Source: Octopus sinensis | Lineage: Eukaryota | Direction: 5' to 3' | Assembly: GCF_006345805.1 (NCBI RefSeq) | Contig: NC_043013.1 | Coordinates: forward strand, 25,730,001 to 25,794,000 | Length of the DNA: 64,000 nt | Shown: piece after piece, positions 62,245 through 64,000 of the stretch | Numbering within the stretch: the first letter of the stretch is position 1 | How the letters are laid out: each line of letters begins with the position of its first letter | The notes under the pieces: generated by a model | Databases searched by the model: none | What the model was told of the DNA's origin: nothing | Seen by the model: the letters and a program-made list of their open reading frames with translations, nothing else | Program-made: the position numbers and the translations under genes

Positions 62245-62785
62245 TCATCATCATCATCATCATCATCATCATTTAGCATCCGTTGTCCATGCTGGCATAG
62301 GTTGGACGGTTTGATCAGGGCTGGCACGCTGGAAAGCTTCATCAGACTCCAGTCTGATTTGGCATGGTTTCTACGGCTAGATGCCCTTCCTAACGCCAAC
62401 CACCCCGGGAGTGTAATGGGTGCTTTTACGTACCACCGAGACTGGTGCCATTTGCGTGACACCAGTATCTGGCTGCGATATCACTTGGTTTGATGGGTCT
62501 TTTCAATACTTGGCTTAAAGGTCATGATCTAAAACAACCATCAGAAAGGCTTGTCTAATAGTAATGCCTGGACAATATTTTATAATCGATATCACTAAAA
62601 AGCTGACTTGGATCTTGCTAAAATAGGGTGCCTCGAATGAATTGAATAAATAAATATACCTTTTTAGAACAAAGGGTTTCGAAGTACATAATCAGTGGAA
62701 CCCGATCATTTTTTCGCCTATGGATCTCTTTGGGTCGTATTTTACTCAGGTGGACCCCCATAGCTTTTCAATATTCTAAAAAAGT

Positions 62786-63209
62786 CAGGGCAGCGTGCTG
62801 GTAGAAACGTTAGCACGCCGGGCGAAATGCTTAGCGGTATTTCGTCTGCCGTTACGTTCTGAATTCAAATTCCACCGAGGTCGACTTTGCCTTTCATCCT
62901 TTCGGGGTCGATAAATTAAGTACCAGTTATGCACTGGGGTCGATGTAATCGACTTAATCCGTTTGTCTGTCCTTGTTTGTCCTCTCTGTGTTTAGCCCCT
63001 TGTGGGTAGTAAAGAAATAGGTATTTCGTCTGCCGCTACGTTCTGAGTTCAAATTCCGCCGAGGTCGACTTTGCCTTTCATCCTTTCGGGGTCGATTAAA
63101 TAAGTACCAGTTACGCACTGGGGTCGATGTAATCGACATAAACCCTTTGTCTGTCCCTGTTTGTCCCCTCTGTGTTTAGACCCCCCCCCCGTTGGCAATA
63201 AAGAAATAA
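62786..63209 (+). mobile_element. tRNA-derived SINE family A, dimeric form
   Basis: Two cores joined by AAAGAAATAG|GTATTTCGTCTGCC. Confidence 0.85.
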
Positions 63210-63489
63210 ATTGTCTAAAAAATCCCTATGCTTTTAAATAATTAAATATTAGGAATTGTGTAAAAAAAAATTAGTGAAATATATTGTGTATTGTAGAAGT
63301 ATAAGCGATTTTTTACAGATAAATTTTGACAAGGAAATCTTATGGAGAACCCTAACTGTTATGTGGACCCCGGCTGAGAAGCATTGCTATAAATACCAGC
63401 ATGTAAATATTGGGGTGAATAGCTCTTTAGGACAGAAACAATCCAAGTCAACATTATGCGCCTCGAGATCCTTTATCCCATCAAAGAAT

Positions 63490-63599
63490 TACAGTAATCC
63501 CTCACCATATCGCGGTTCATCTATCGCGGTTCACCTATCGCGGTTCACCTATTGCGATTCACCTATTGCAGTTCACCTATTGCGATTTACCTATTGCAG
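63490..63599 (+). repeat. 14-bp minisatellite (TTCACCTATYGCRR x7) attached to a pogo/Tc1-like terminus TACAGTAATCCCTC
   Basis: Seven units from 63501 to 63599. Confidence 0.8.
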
Positions 63600-63653
63600 T
63601 TTATTATTTAAGCTTACGTCGATTCCTCCGCGGTGCTGTTTTGGGCAAGTGTC

Positions 63654-63716
<63 letters not shown>

Positions 63717-64000
63717 CATATATAATTTTCGAACCCAATTGGGTTTGGTATCAACATCACTTGACCAAACCTCAGAGAAGCAAGCTTGCCAACCTGTTTT
63801 TTACATCCGCAACAAATCGACTCAACTCCAGAGAAGTGGAGTGACTAATTTGGCTATTATAAGTATTTAACCCTTTATTTAATATCAGCGTCTTATCAAC
63901 GGGTATCTCAATCCACACAGTATCATGCTATAATATTTATTAGTTCGTCCGTCGTTGTCGACGATGACCAAGGAGATCACAAGGGAGAAGGAAACGAGGT

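Overview
AT-rich, repeat-dense animal genomic DNA, most likely from an octopus (coleoid cephalopod); this assignment is inferred from the look of the SINE and microsatellite content and was not checked by search. Two intron-containing genes sit head-to-head. (1) PIGN (GPI ethanolamine-phosphate transferase 1) on the minus strand: four 5' coding exons (11874-11651, 6555-6434, 4696-4598, 2712-2606); the rest of the gene lies beyond the left edge. (2) A complete six-exon CYBA (p22phox) on the plus strand (14540-33947, 507 nt CDS, 168 aa), whose intron 2 has U12 (minor spliceosome) splice signals. No further protein-coding gene could be supported from 34 to 64 kb. The remainder is decayed mobile DNA: tRNA-derived SINEs (some as recurrent dimers), RTE-, L1/Tx1- and REL-endonuclease-type LINE fragments, Penelope-like ends with hammerhead-ribozyme motifs, two non-autonomous Helitrons, a deleted mariner, hAT/piggyBac/mariner-type MITEs and microsatellites. 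Most provided ORFs are repeat artefacts. Best leads: the U12 intron in CYBA, a near-intact minimal hammerhead ribozyme at 47045-47087, a 119-bp-arm fold-back in CYBA intron 5 whose three mismatches are all G-U on the sense strand, a 700-bp Foldback-like palindrome with mirrored minisatellite arms (59836-60538), and a 52-bp inverted templated insertion inside a LINE. I did not find a clearly new multi-gene system. All coordinates were counted by hand; repeat boundaries are approximate unless TSDs or termini are quoted.
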